Below, in pieces: positions 9,671 through 18,357 of a stretch of DNA of 32,893 bases. The notes beneath the pieces were generated by a model. It did no database searches, had not been told where the DNA came from, and was given only the letters and a program-made list of their open reading frames with translations. This DNA is from a virus. Lineage: Duplodnaviria > Caudoviricetes. The stretch lies in IMG/VR virus record IMGVR_UViG_3300023105_000106, positions 1 through 32,893 of that record. One strand, written 5' to 3'. Within the stretch, counting starts at the first letter, position 1, and each line of letters starts with the position of its first letter. The translations under genes and the position numbers were made by a program.

Positions 9671-9961
9671 ATGGAAGGTAAATACGTAACCAAACACGGA
9701 ATTACTTTGGAAAAGGCTTACCTCAAAGTAAGCGAAGCAACACTTCGTTATGTTGAACAACGTCGAAGATGGTACATGGAATATACGGTATGCGTGTATG
9801 CAGACCGCGCTTCCAGACGGATGAAAATGCTACCTGTCTGCAAAGAAGTCTATGTGATGAAACTTGACCTTACTCGCGGTGATAACAAGAAAAACATCAT
9901 TGAAACTTGTTATGCTAATTTTCACGAGCAGAACCCCGATTACGAGTTCAAAGATATCTAG
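9671..9961 (+). CDS. Hypothetical protein (possible fibre-associated small protein)
   Basis: GGTGAT RBS then ATG 9671. Pattern GITLEKAYLKV...YTVCVYADR...CYANF resembles small proteins found near phage fibre genes (weak). Confidence 0.5.
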   Translation: MEGKYVTKHGITLEKAYLKVSEATLRYVEQRRRWYMEYTVCVYADRASRRMKMLPVCKEVYVMKLDLTRGDNKKNIIETCYANFHEQNPDYEFKDI

Positions 9962-9965
9962 CCAA

Positions 9966-9980
9966 CTTTATGTCCTACTT
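9966..9980 (+). promoter_or_regulatory. Promoter motif CTTTATGTCCTACTT upstream of the thermosome (leaderless-type spacing)
   Basis: TTTATG lies 30 nt before ATG 9997; the CCTACTT element is shared with two other promoters. Confidence 0.6.
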
Positions 9981-9996
9981 GTAAGGACCCAAAGGT

Positions 9997-11532
9997 ATGG
10001 CAAACGTAACCGATGCTAGCCAAAACAAAGTGAGAACCGCAGAAGAAGTGAATTTTGAAATTGCACGAGGAATGGCCGAAATTGTTCGCTCAACACTCGG
10101 ACCATTGGGTCGCGACAAGATGATGGTTGATTCATCCGGTCGTACCGTAATCACTAATGATGGCGCTACCATTCTCCGAGAAACAAACTTTGTACATCCA
10201 ACCGCTTCTTTGATTGTAGGCGTCGCTCGTACTCAAGAAAGCGAATCATACGATGGTACTACTTCAGCCATTATCTTGACAGGAGAACTAGTACAACAGG
10301 CAGAAGGCCTAATTCAGCGCGGAGTCCACACTACGCTTATCGAACGAGGATACAATATTGCATTGAAAGAAGCACTTAACCACCTTGATTCCCTTTCTGT
10401 TAATATCGAATCAGATGAACAACTACTACAAGTAGCAAACGTAGCAATGACTGGTAAGCAAGCAGAAGCGTACAAAGATACGCTTGGGCCTCTATGTGTT
10501 GAAGCCGCAAAGTCCACGCGTCCATCCAAGGTAAATATTCTCGTCCGACCCGGTGCAAGTGTTGAAGATTCACTGGCCACTACTGGACTAATGATTGACA
10601 AACAAATGATGAACCATGGTATGCCTAAGAAATTAGACAAAGGAAGCATTGCATTGTTTGATTGCGACCTAACACTACCTGCACATACCGCAGGGGTGAA
10701 TGTCAACTTTGACAGTGGTGAAGCCGCTGACCTTTACGCCCAGAAGCGCAAAGAAGACATTTTGAAAATCGGGCAACATATTGTTGACATGGGAATTAAT
10801 GTAGTGTTCTCAATGAAGGAAATTGACCCTGTACTGTCAGAATACTTTGCACGCAACAACGTAATTGCATTCCGACGAACTAACAATTCATTGTTAGAAC
10901 GAGTAGCAGAAACTACCAATGCAATGATTGTATCCAGTCTAGGCGACCTTGAAGCAGAAGACCTCGGAACCTGTGGAGAAGTCGTCGAAGTCAGTAATCC
11001 CGCATGGGACAAACCCATTATGCAATTGAATGATGTTGCAAACCCTGTCGGATATTCGATTCTTATTACTGGACCAACAGAACACGTTGCAAGTGAAATT
11101 GCTCGCGCTCTTGACGACGCAATCGGCGTTACATGGATTGCTCACAACGAAAAGGCCGTAGTCAATGGCGGGGGCTCAACACACGTAAACATGGCCATGC
11201 ATTTGAAACAGTTTGCAAACAGTGTTGGTGGGCTAGAACAGTTGGCCGTGGAATCCTTTGCAAACGCATTAGAAGTCATTCCTGCTACACTAGCACAAAA
11301 CAGTGGATTACAACCACTACCATCTATTATCGCACTACGCGCCGCTATTGCATCGGGAATTCCTCATGCATCACTTAATGTATTCAAAGGCGGAGTATGT
11401 ACAGAAGAACTAGCGGTCATTGAACCAAAGAAAGTAGTCACAGTAGCACTTGAATCCGCAACAACAGCGGCCTCGCAAATCCTACGTATTGACAATATTA
11501 TCCAAGCAAAAGAAGCAGAATTTATGGAGTGA
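9997..11532 (+). CDS. ths: Group II chaperonin (thermosome subunit)
   Basis: STLGPLGRDKMMVD, ITNDGATIL, DGTTSA, GGGSTH, FANALEVIPATLAQNSG, VIEPKKV, ILRIDNII; 511 aa. Confidence 0.93.
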   Translation: MANVTDASQNKVRTAEEVNFEIARGMAEIVRSTLGPLGRDKMMVDSSGRTVITNDGATILRETNFVHPTASLIVGVARTQESESYDGTTSAIILTGELVQQAEGLIQRGVHTTLIERGYNIALKEALNHLDSLSVNIESDEQLLQVANVAMTGKQAEAYKDTLGPLCVEAAKSTRPSKVNILVRPGASVEDSLATTGLMIDKQMMNHGMPKKLDKGSIALFDCDLTLPAHTAGVNVNFDSGEAADLYAQKRKEDILKIGQHIVDMGINVVFSMKEIDPVLSEYFARNNVIAFRRTNNSLLERVAETTNAMIVSSLGDLEAEDLGTCGEVVEVSNPAWDKPIMQLNDVANPVGYSILITGPTEHVASEIARALDDAIGVTWIAHNEKAVVNGGGSTHVNMAMHLKQFANSVGGLEQLAVESFANALEVIPATLAQNSGLQPLPSIIALRAAIASGIPHASLNVFKGGVCTEELAVIEPKKVVTVALESATTAASQILRIDNIIQAKEAEFME

Positions 11533-11537
11533 ACAGA

Positions 11538-11744
11538 ATGACAGAAGAAGAACAACCAATAGAAACAAACGGACTACCAGAAGACTTAGTCAACGGACTA
11601 GCCCTGCTACACAAAACAGGGCTTAGATTCGTAACTGTGGTAGTACAGCCAAACGGAGAATTAACCCTGCACACAGCAGAAAACTCCAATAGAATCGAGA
11701 TTGTCGGAATGCTTGAGGTGGCTCGCGATGCAGTTCGGTCCTGA
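11538..11744 (+). CDS. Hypothetical protein
   Basis: GGAGTGA RBS, ATG 11538. Confidence 0.55.
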   Translation: MTEEEQPIETNGLPEDLVNGLALLHKTGLRFVTVVVQPNGELTLHTAENSNRIEIVGMLEVARDAVRS

Positions 11745-11745
11745 T

Positions 11746-12420
11746 ATGCCAATTCCTATGAATAACAACCGCGTGTTGAAGGCCCTAATGGCCACAGCAC
11801 CGGACGACGAACCACCTGAATTGCAAGAATACCGCGAGCAAGTTCGTGAGAATGAATTGAACCTATTGGGTTCTATGTTGTTTCATGCCGTAGTGTTAGG
11901 AGCATGTATTCTTCTCTATACGAAGTGGGAATGGAGCCAGTTTGGTAGCGCATACGAATCTGCAACCTTCTATGCTCTTGCAGGATTCTTTGTACAGGCC
12001 GGCTTCTATTTCATGTGGCGAGCGGCGTTTGAAGATTCATCTGCACATCGACGCAAGATGCGTAAGATGCGATTGAAGAATCGCAAGCGTATTCAAGGAA
12101 TCAAGTATTCTGTTGAAGAAGCCCAACAAGCGGCGGCACTACAAGCACAAATGTATGATTTGGAACGTCTTCTCAACAATACGATGGAAGACGACGTTGT
12201 TACTACTGCGGAGGGAAACGAGTTGTTGGTCCAATTACAAAAACTATCGCAGATGATGGGCCAATCTGTAACCCGTGGGAATACTACAAAACAAGTACAG
12301 CCACAACAATCTCCACAGGCAGTTTCATCAACAGTACAACAAATTCCCGGTCAAGCAGTGCAATCACAAACACTACAACCGGAAGGAGCGAAAGGCCACG
12401 TCCACAATCAACAAGTGTGA
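11746..12420 (+). CDS. Two-TM membrane protein with cytoplasmic coiled coil and Gln-rich tail
   Basis: TM1 LLGSMLFHAVVLGACILLY, TM2 ATFYALAGFFVQAGFYFMW, then a basic helix, heptad-like region and Q-rich tail. Start 11746 or 11758 is uncertain. Confidence 0.65.
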   Translation: MPIPMNNNRVLKALMATAPDDEPPELQEYREQVRENELNLLGSMLFHAVVLGACILLYTKWEWSQFGSAYESATFYALAGFFVQAGFYFMWRAAFEDSSAHRRKMRKMRLKNRKRIQGIKYSVEEAQQAAALQAQMYDLERLLNNTMEDDVVTTAEGNELLVQLQKLSQMMGQSVTRGNTTKQVQPQQSPQAVSSTVQQIPGQAVQSQTLQPEGAKGHVHNQQV

Positions 12421-12504
12421 GGTGCGCCGGGATAACTAAAACCGGGGAACAGTGTATGAGGAGGGTAACCGAAGAAACGCACTGTTGGCAACACAGGTGA
12501 TAAC

Positions 12505-12744
12505 ATGATTCCCGGTTCTAATCTAATTTTCCGTGACGCAAAAGACGAACAACAAGAAGGGTTAATGGAAACCCTGTTTGTAGGTCAAACTTGGCAGATG
12601 CGTTATCTGAAAATCAAAGCCTACGTTTACGGTAGCATTGCTACTGCAACAGGAATGGCAACAACGGCAACAGTCGATTACTTACTTGCCCGTTGGACTG
12701 ATTACAATGGAATATTAGATTGGTTCTTTGCAGTGGTGATTTGA
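12505..12744 (+). CDS. Small membrane protein
   Basis: AGGTGA RBS; hydrophobic AYVYGSIATATGMATTATVDYLLA and an amphipathic C-terminus. Confidence 0.6.
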   Translation: MIPGSNLIFRDAKDEQQEGLMETLFVGQTWQMRYLKIKAYVYGSIATATGMATTATVDYLLARWTDYNGILDWFFAVVI

Positions 12745-13470
12745 ATGGGCTCGACTGAAATCGTATTTGCGCACACAGTAATTGCGCTAATCGATAAGAC
12801 AAAGGAGTTCATGCGCTACGACGTAGGAATATATGGCCCCAGTATGTCAGGGAAAACTACACTAGACAAACAATTGACTACGCCCGGAATGATTAGGCCA
12901 TTGGGAGAACAACAAAGAACACATCACAAAAAGATGTTCCTTAGTGAGAAATATCGAATGCCTCCCGAATCAGCAAAGCGAATCATTAGTGATGGTGGTC
13001 TGAAAAAGACGATTGTTTCTCGCGATATCGGTGGGCATACACAATACCAAAGTATGTGGCTACGCGACATGTACCTACGAAAAATTCGAACTGTTATCAT
13101 AGTGATTGACCATAGGCACTTAATCGAACCAATAAATACCGACAATCAAGTTGCCCTAGGGTATCTTGTCGAGGCGTTAAAGAAGAAAACTAAACCAAAA
13201 GGACTGGGAATAATCAAATCATTTACACGAAGAAAGTACCGTCCCCAGCGACTTATTTTGTTAGCAAACAAAGCAGACGAATGGATGGATGATGAATCGT
13301 TTGAAATGTTTGACACAGGGATGATAGCGAACCATCCTATCTTTGATGCTTTTCGTGAGCATTTGTTCGCACTACAAGAAATGGCTATTCCAGTGCATAT
13401 CGATGCAATTTCCGCAACGAAAAACTTCAACGTACAACAAGCACTGATGAAAGGAATGGGATTCCGATGA
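12745..13470 (+). CDS. Small Ras-superfamily GTPase, Arf/Sar1-like
   Basis: G1 GPSMSGKTT, G3 DIGGH followed by QYQSMW, beta4 VIIVID, G4 NKAD, G5 SAT; N-terminal MG-start helix. Confidence 0.85.
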   Translation: MGSTEIVFAHTVIALIDKTKEFMRYDVGIYGPSMSGKTTLDKQLTTPGMIRPLGEQQRTHHKKMFLSEKYRMPPESAKRIISDGGLKKTIVSRDIGGHTQYQSMWLRDMYLRKIRTVIIVIDHRHLIEPINTDNQVALGYLVEALKKKTKPKGLGIIKSFTRRKYRPQRLILLANKADEWMDDESFEMFDTGMIANHPIFDAFREHLFALQEMAIPVHIDAISATKNFNVQQALMKGMGFR

Positions 13471-14237
13471 CAGAAAACTACCGTGACCAAAGAATGCTAG
13501 AACTAATGAGCAACATGCCTCAGAATAGGGCGACTGAATTTAATGCAGTTGTACCCGTCGTTGAATTTAATTTTAGCGAACATGCTGACCCCGATAAAGC
13601 ACGCCGACAAAATATCAAGCGTGCAATCAAAGCCCTTCGTCCTACAAAGACATGGTATACACTACCGGGAACAGGTTGGCTACCATTTATTGGACGCGCT
13701 CGTTTCAAGTATTCAAATAGGCAAGAACCTTACATTTGCGTTATCGACGGTTGCGATTGTAGGCATTTAGATTATGGCGACTTATGGAGTACGTACTTTA
13801 TTGACGCAACATCAGGAAAAGTCAGACCATATATGCCTTGGTCGGGCGTACTACCTTCACGGGGAATAGAACTTTACGGAACATATTGTCCACAACATAT
13901 GCAACTATACCACCTACTTAGTGATTGGATTCAACAAGAAGAATCGAATGACCGCGGCTTCTTCAAGAGTATGAAAAAGCGGGGAGTAGCATTCATTCCA
14001 GTAGTAAAGAAGCAGAATACCGACAACCAACATCCCCTTATATCTAAATGGAATCCGGTGTTTGAGGAGGCCCTCAAAGACCCGGGCATTGAGGTGATTC
14101 ACTACAAAAATCCCACCACAGGAGAAAACGACATTACAACAATCGTCTTTGATAATAGAGTACTACAAACTACACCAATAAGAGGCAATTCACTAGATTC
14201 AGAATACATAATAGAACCACAGGAGGAAACACAATGA
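13467..14237 (+). CDS. Hypothetical protein with possible Zn site
   Basis: CVIDGCDC...YCPQH; ATGA-coupled to the GTPase gene. Confidence 0.6.
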   Translation: MTENYRDQRMLELMSNMPQNRATEFNAVVPVVEFNFSEHADPDKARRQNIKRAIKALRPTKTWYTLPGTGWLPFIGRARFKYSNRQEPYICVIDGCDCRHLDYGDLWSTYFIDATSGKVRPYMPWSGVLPSRGIELYGTYCPQHMQLYHLLSDWIQQEESNDRGFFKSMKKRGVAFIPVVKKQNTDNQHPLISKWNPVFEEALKDPGIEVIHYKNPTTGENDITTIVFDNRVLQTTPIRGNSLDSEYIIEPQEETQ

Positions 14238-15052
14238 CAAACAGATTTGGAACAAACTTAACACCACAAGGAACAGGCAATGCGGCGAATAGCCTTGCAT
14301 CAGTATTTGGAGAAACGATGGCAGTTGCACAAAAAACTGGTATCGCTGACCAAGCAATGAGCGCCGTACAGAATCAAATGGTGGGCGGTAATTTTGGTAA
14401 CGAGCAACAAATTGGTGCATTTTACCAACTACTTGCTAGCCACCCGAATGAAGTCGCGCTATTCTTGCTATCGTATACCAATGACAAAGGCCAACCTGCT
14501 ATTCTAGCCGGACTTGCAGAACTGATTGAAATTGTCATGAAAAAAACATTGTTTGAATGGTTCAACGGTGATGCATTCAAGGGCGACTACGTTGACCCTG
14601 CAAAGGCCGCAGAACTTGGATATTCAACTATTACACAGGAAAATATCGATGTTGTAATCAGTAATATGGTTCCACTACAAAAAATTGCTATGGACGTACA
14701 AGCAGACGACCAACGTGCCATGCAAATTGTACAACAGGCACAGTTCCATGCAATGAGCGCGGAACAGCGTATGCAACATCAAGAACAACAAAGACAACAA
14801 CAAATGCAACAATGGCAACAACAACAGGCCCAACAATTTTCACAACCACCTCAGCGCCCAAGTCTTGTAGGAAATATGCTACGACTTGGAGGGATTGTAG
14901 GCGCTGGAGCAGTTGGCGGTAGTGCCGCACAAAACATTGCATCAACCATGCTAGCACCACCATGTCAATACTGTAATGGAATGGGTTGTCAGATGTGTAG
15001 GCCACAACCTATGCAGAACACCTATATGCAGGGACAGGTTCCACCTCAATAA
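14234..15052 (+). CDS. Gln-rich protein with Gly-rich hydrophobic segment and C-terminal CxxCxGxGCxxC motif
   Basis: AGGAGG RBS; polyQ tract; LGGIVGAGAVGGSAA; CQYCNGMGCQMC. Confidence 0.65.
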   Translation: MTNRFGTNLTPQGTGNAANSLASVFGETMAVAQKTGIADQAMSAVQNQMVGGNFGNEQQIGAFYQLLASHPNEVALFLLSYTNDKGQPAILAGLAELIEIVMKKTLFEWFNGDAFKGDYVDPAKAAELGYSTITQENIDVVISNMVPLQKIAMDVQADDQRAMQIVQQAQFHAMSAEQRMQHQEQQRQQQMQQWQQQQAQQFSQPPQRPSLVGNMLRLGGIVGAGAVGGSAAQNIASTMLAPPCQYCNGMGCQMCRPQPMQNTYMQGQVPPQ

Positions 15053-15063
15053 GGTGAACCATT

Positions 15064-17490
15064 ATGAGCGAGTCATATCCACCAAAAGGATTTGACCCTC
15101 TTACTGCACCAAAGGTAAATCCATCACCTAGCCAAAGCCTTTGGCAAGCAGAATTGATTGCTTCTGCTACGGCTCGTAGGAATATGGAATCCGTAAAAAC
15201 GATGTTTCAGCAAACCTATGGACCGTACATACAGAAACTGCGCGGTCGATTTGGCGGTGATATTAGCACAGGCATTCTTAGAGAAACAGGATTACTTCCT
15301 TCGGATTCAGTAGGTTCTCCTCGATTTAGAAAGGCAGTAATGCTACTTACGAAAAAGACCCAGATTCCGCCAGAAACCTGTCAAGGAATTCTAGAGGCCG
15401 TTCTTACAATGTATACAGAAGAAAGGAAAGTAAAGGAATCCGAACGCCGTCTTCTTCGACACAATTTCAAATCTATATTTTCAGGGGACGTACCAATTCC
15501 CGGTCAATTTGAAAGTCTTCGCTTAATTATGAAGCATCCATTAGATATGGGGGCTACTTCAGATAACCCAGTAGCATGGGTAATGGATACCCGTATTAGT
15601 ACGGCCATTCCGCGTGCAATTGCATGGGACCCTCGATACGGATTGCGTGATAAAAATTGGTACAATCCATATATGCAATATCTGGAAAAGAATCCTCCAC
15701 TACAACCAGACCAAGATAAAATGGAACTTCTCAAAAACTTCCAAGGTGGGAAGTATTGGCAAGAATTTGGGTCGTTTGTAAAAGTAAAGCCAGATGAAAA
15801 AACCATGGAGTATAGTCTAAGCAAGCATCCAATGGGAATAGCCGCGTTAGACCATAATTTGTATCAACTAACAGGAACATTACCAGATGCAACAGCAGGA
15901 AGAGTAATTCCAAAGAATCGTAGTCAAGTCAGTATTCTTTCACTTGCAAAGCCAAATGTACACGAAGGCGCATTCCTACAACCACTAATTTTCTTTTATG
16001 CTAAAGCGTATGGAAGAAATGAACCAACAGGGAATTATTGGAAAGTCAATGCATCGTATAGGCTACAATCATTACAGGAATCTGAATTTGGTGTTTGTTA
16101 TCTTGTTCCTGTTAATCCTCTTACTGGTGGGGCTCTTGCTCCGGGTATTCCAGTAGTGCGCGTTAGGGGAACGGCTAGTGATGCTATACTGTATGCTCGC
16201 AAGTACTATCCGCATGTTATGTCAATCACCGAGGGTGAAAATCCAAATCTCCACCCAGAATTGCTAAAACAATTCGGGGGTAGTGGTGCTACCAATTTCA
16301 AACAAGATTGGGAGGTTGCACCAAGCGACTTCCGTACCAGCCAACGGTTTGCAGTTGTTGTACGCTCAACATGGGCATGGCCAGATACTACACTGTTCCG
16401 TGACCCACATTGGGAAGTATTCAGTCCTAATCACATAGCAAGCGGATTGAATAGCGAGCAAATGCGAATGCTACAAGTAGCCAGACTACAAGCAGAAGTA
16501 TCTGCAACCGAATCTCCCGGCAAAATCCCAAGGCGCACTTCTTCTATTGCAACATCATTACTTGATGGAAACCCAGTTCCATCAAATTCACACAGTACAA
16601 GTCTAGCCGAGGTATACATCGTCGACCAATCTGCTGAAATTTTCATGAAGAATGCAGTACGTGAAATTCAGAAGTATATGTTGAATGCGGCTAGAAATCT
16701 TGAAAAAATTCATCCCGAGGAAAGAAAGTTCCACATGAAACAATTCAATCATGCGCAAAACGTAGCACTATGCGCGTTTGGTATGCTAAATTCGTCGCTA
16801 TGGATTCAAACCGGTTCTTTAACAGGGCCATCAGCAATCCCAGAAGTGGAATCAACTTACGGAGTATACGGTGGCTTTACCAAGGAACAAGCCGCAGACG
16901 CTCACCGCCTTCTATCACCTGTTATGTCCGGAGTCCAGACAAGATTAGCACTGAAAGTACCGATTACCGACATAGAAGACATTGGTATTGTCATGAAGCA
17001 GTTCACCGGGCAATACGGTACAATGCCTGAATTGAAGATTCCAGACATGACACCTTACAAAATCGTGGACAAGACTGGTAGGTCTTGGAAACCTACTTCC
17101 GTGGGTGCTACTTTGATTACAGACCTACCGAGCAAAACCGGAGATGCAGATTTCTTCAATGTAAAAATGAAAGCGATTCGCCCATGCCATCCATACCATG
17201 TGTATTCACCCGGCATGACAGTTCCCGGAGAACAGGGCAATTTAGTCCAAATGAACAATGTATGGTCTACTAACGTATCACGAAGATTACCATTACAGGC
17301 AAGGGGATTATCAGGAAAAATGTACGGCAAAAAGCGAACAACTGCTAATACATTTGAATTCGTGGATGCAAACCTTGGCGGTTTCGGTAATGTAAGCCCC
17401 GCCGAAGGCTTTGAAACAGATAACAGCATCGGACTATCAAAGGCCAGCGTAGTTGCCGCTGTGGTAGGGATGCTTGCACTAAGGAATTGA
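15064..17490 (+). CDS. Large (808 aa) protein with C-terminal membrane anchor; putative virion core/membrane protein
   Basis: AAGGTGA RBS; C-terminal NLGGFG followed by ASVVAAVVGMLALRN; no catalytic motif recognised. Confidence 0.6.
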   Translation: MSESYPPKGFDPLTAPKVNPSPSQSLWQAELIASATARRNMESVKTMFQQTYGPYIQKLRGRFGGDISTGILRETGLLPSDSVGSPRFRKAVMLLTKKTQIPPETCQGILEAVLTMYTEERKVKESERRLLRHNFKSIFSGDVPIPGQFESLRLIMKHPLDMGATSDNPVAWVMDTRISTAIPRAIAWDPRYGLRDKNWYNPYMQYLEKNPPLQPDQDKMELLKNFQGGKYWQEFGSFVKVKPDEKTMEYSLSKHPMGIAALDHNLYQLTGTLPDATAGRVIPKNRSQVSILSLAKPNVHEGAFLQPLIFFYAKAYGRNEPTGNYWKVNASYRLQSLQESEFGVCYLVPVNPLTGGALAPGIPVVRVRGTASDAILYARKYYPHVMSITEGENPNLHPELLKQFGGSGATNFKQDWEVAPSDFRTSQRFAVVVRSTWAWPDTTLFRDPHWEVFSPNHIASGLNSEQMRMLQVARLQAEVSATESPGKIPRRTSSIATSLLDGNPVPSNSHSTSLAEVYIVDQSAEIFMKNAVREIQKYMLNAARNLEKIHPEERKFHMKQFNHAQNVALCAFGMLNSSLWIQTGSLTGPSAIPEVESTYGVYGGFTKEQAADAHRLLSPVMSGVQTRLALKVPITDIEDIGIVMKQFTGQYGTMPELKIPDMTPYKIVDKTGRSWKPTSVGATLITDLPSKTGDADFFNVKMKAIRPCHPYHVYSPGMTVPGEQGNLVQMNNVWSTNVSRRLPLQARGLSGKMYGKKRTTANTFEFVDANLGGFGNVSPAEGFETDNSIGLSKASVVAAVVGMLALRN

Positions 17491-17494
17491 TACC

Positions 17495-17980
17495 ATGCAC
17501 AATACTTCTTCTCAAAACCAATCCATGGTAATGCGTAGGCGAATGGGAAGCCATCTTAACGGTAGTATGCCCCCTTACCATCCATCATTGGGTAAAGCAT
17601 TCAGTGGTTCTGCAAACAGATTTAACTTAGGTAATATTGTAAATGAGTTCTATGCTGATGGCGTAGTCGAACCAATTGTACCTGCACCCGGCAAGTCGGG
17701 TTATCTTCGACAACCACATCTTGAAGACAATTACAATTTCATTGATTACACCGATATGCGTGCAAGTGATTTCGAAGGACTACTCCCTTCTTTTGAAAAA
17801 GCAAACCTACCCGTATTAATCGGAGCCGGATTAATCTATGTCGGTTCTGGTGCGCCCGGTTACAAAGCGGTAGTAAAACAAGCAAAGAAGATTATTAACA
17901 AACCAGAAAAGTATGTACGAACTGCGGCTATGGCGTCCGGCCTTGCAATTCTAGTAGCATACGGACAATTATACAGGTGA
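17495..17980 (+). CDS. Putative virion membrane protein (LG motifs, two hydrophobic helices)
   Basis: PSLGKA and FNLGNIV; VLIGAGLIYVG...basic linker...AAMASGLAILVAYG. Confidence 0.6.
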   Translation: MHNTSSQNQSMVMRRRMGSHLNGSMPPYHPSLGKAFSGSANRFNLGNIVNEFYADGVVEPIVPAPGKSGYLRQPHLEDNYNFIDYTDMRASDFEGLLPSFEKANLPVLIGAGLIYVGSGAPGYKAVVKQAKKIINKPEKYVRTAAMASGLAILVAYGQLYR

Positions 17981-17984
17981 TAAT

Positions 17985-18353
17985 ATGGTAACGCCACAAC
18001 AAAGAGGACAAGTAGTCGTCAAGTCTATTGGCGACATTCAACGAGAAACAACTGTACATGCCCGTAAGGCACGACCCGCTTCTGCGCCAAAAAGCAATCT
18101 TGGCCATAGTGCATATGTTCCTCCAATGATTGCAGGTCTTGGCTTACTCAACAAGTATTGGAAACTTGCACAACATCCAGCACATACAGCGCTTGCAGGT
18201 ATGTTTGTAGTAAATAGTAGTCCTGTTTCACTTAGTAAAGTAAGAACCTTTGGCGGTAAAACTGGCGCAGTAACTAAAATGGTTCTATACACACATCTTG
18301 GAGTTACCGCTGTTTCAACCGTTTGGAGTACATATAGAAGTTTGAGGAAGTGA
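17985..18353 (+). CDS. Putative virion membrane protein
   Basis: AGGTGA RBS; SNLGHS and AGLGLL; hydrophobic C-terminal segments; basic. Confidence 0.6.
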   Translation: MVTPQQRGQVVVKSIGDIQRETTVHARKARPASAPKSNLGHSAYVPPMIAGLGLLNKYWKLAQHPAHTALAGMFVVNSSPVSLSKVRTFGGKTGAVTKMVLYTHLGVTAVSTVWSTYRSLRK

Positions 18354-18357
18354 TATC

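Noticed and set aside
14770-14850. CAA-rich tract as a tandem repeat or CRISPR-like array
   Set aside because: It encodes the polyQ region of the 14234 protein and has no repeat-spacer structure.
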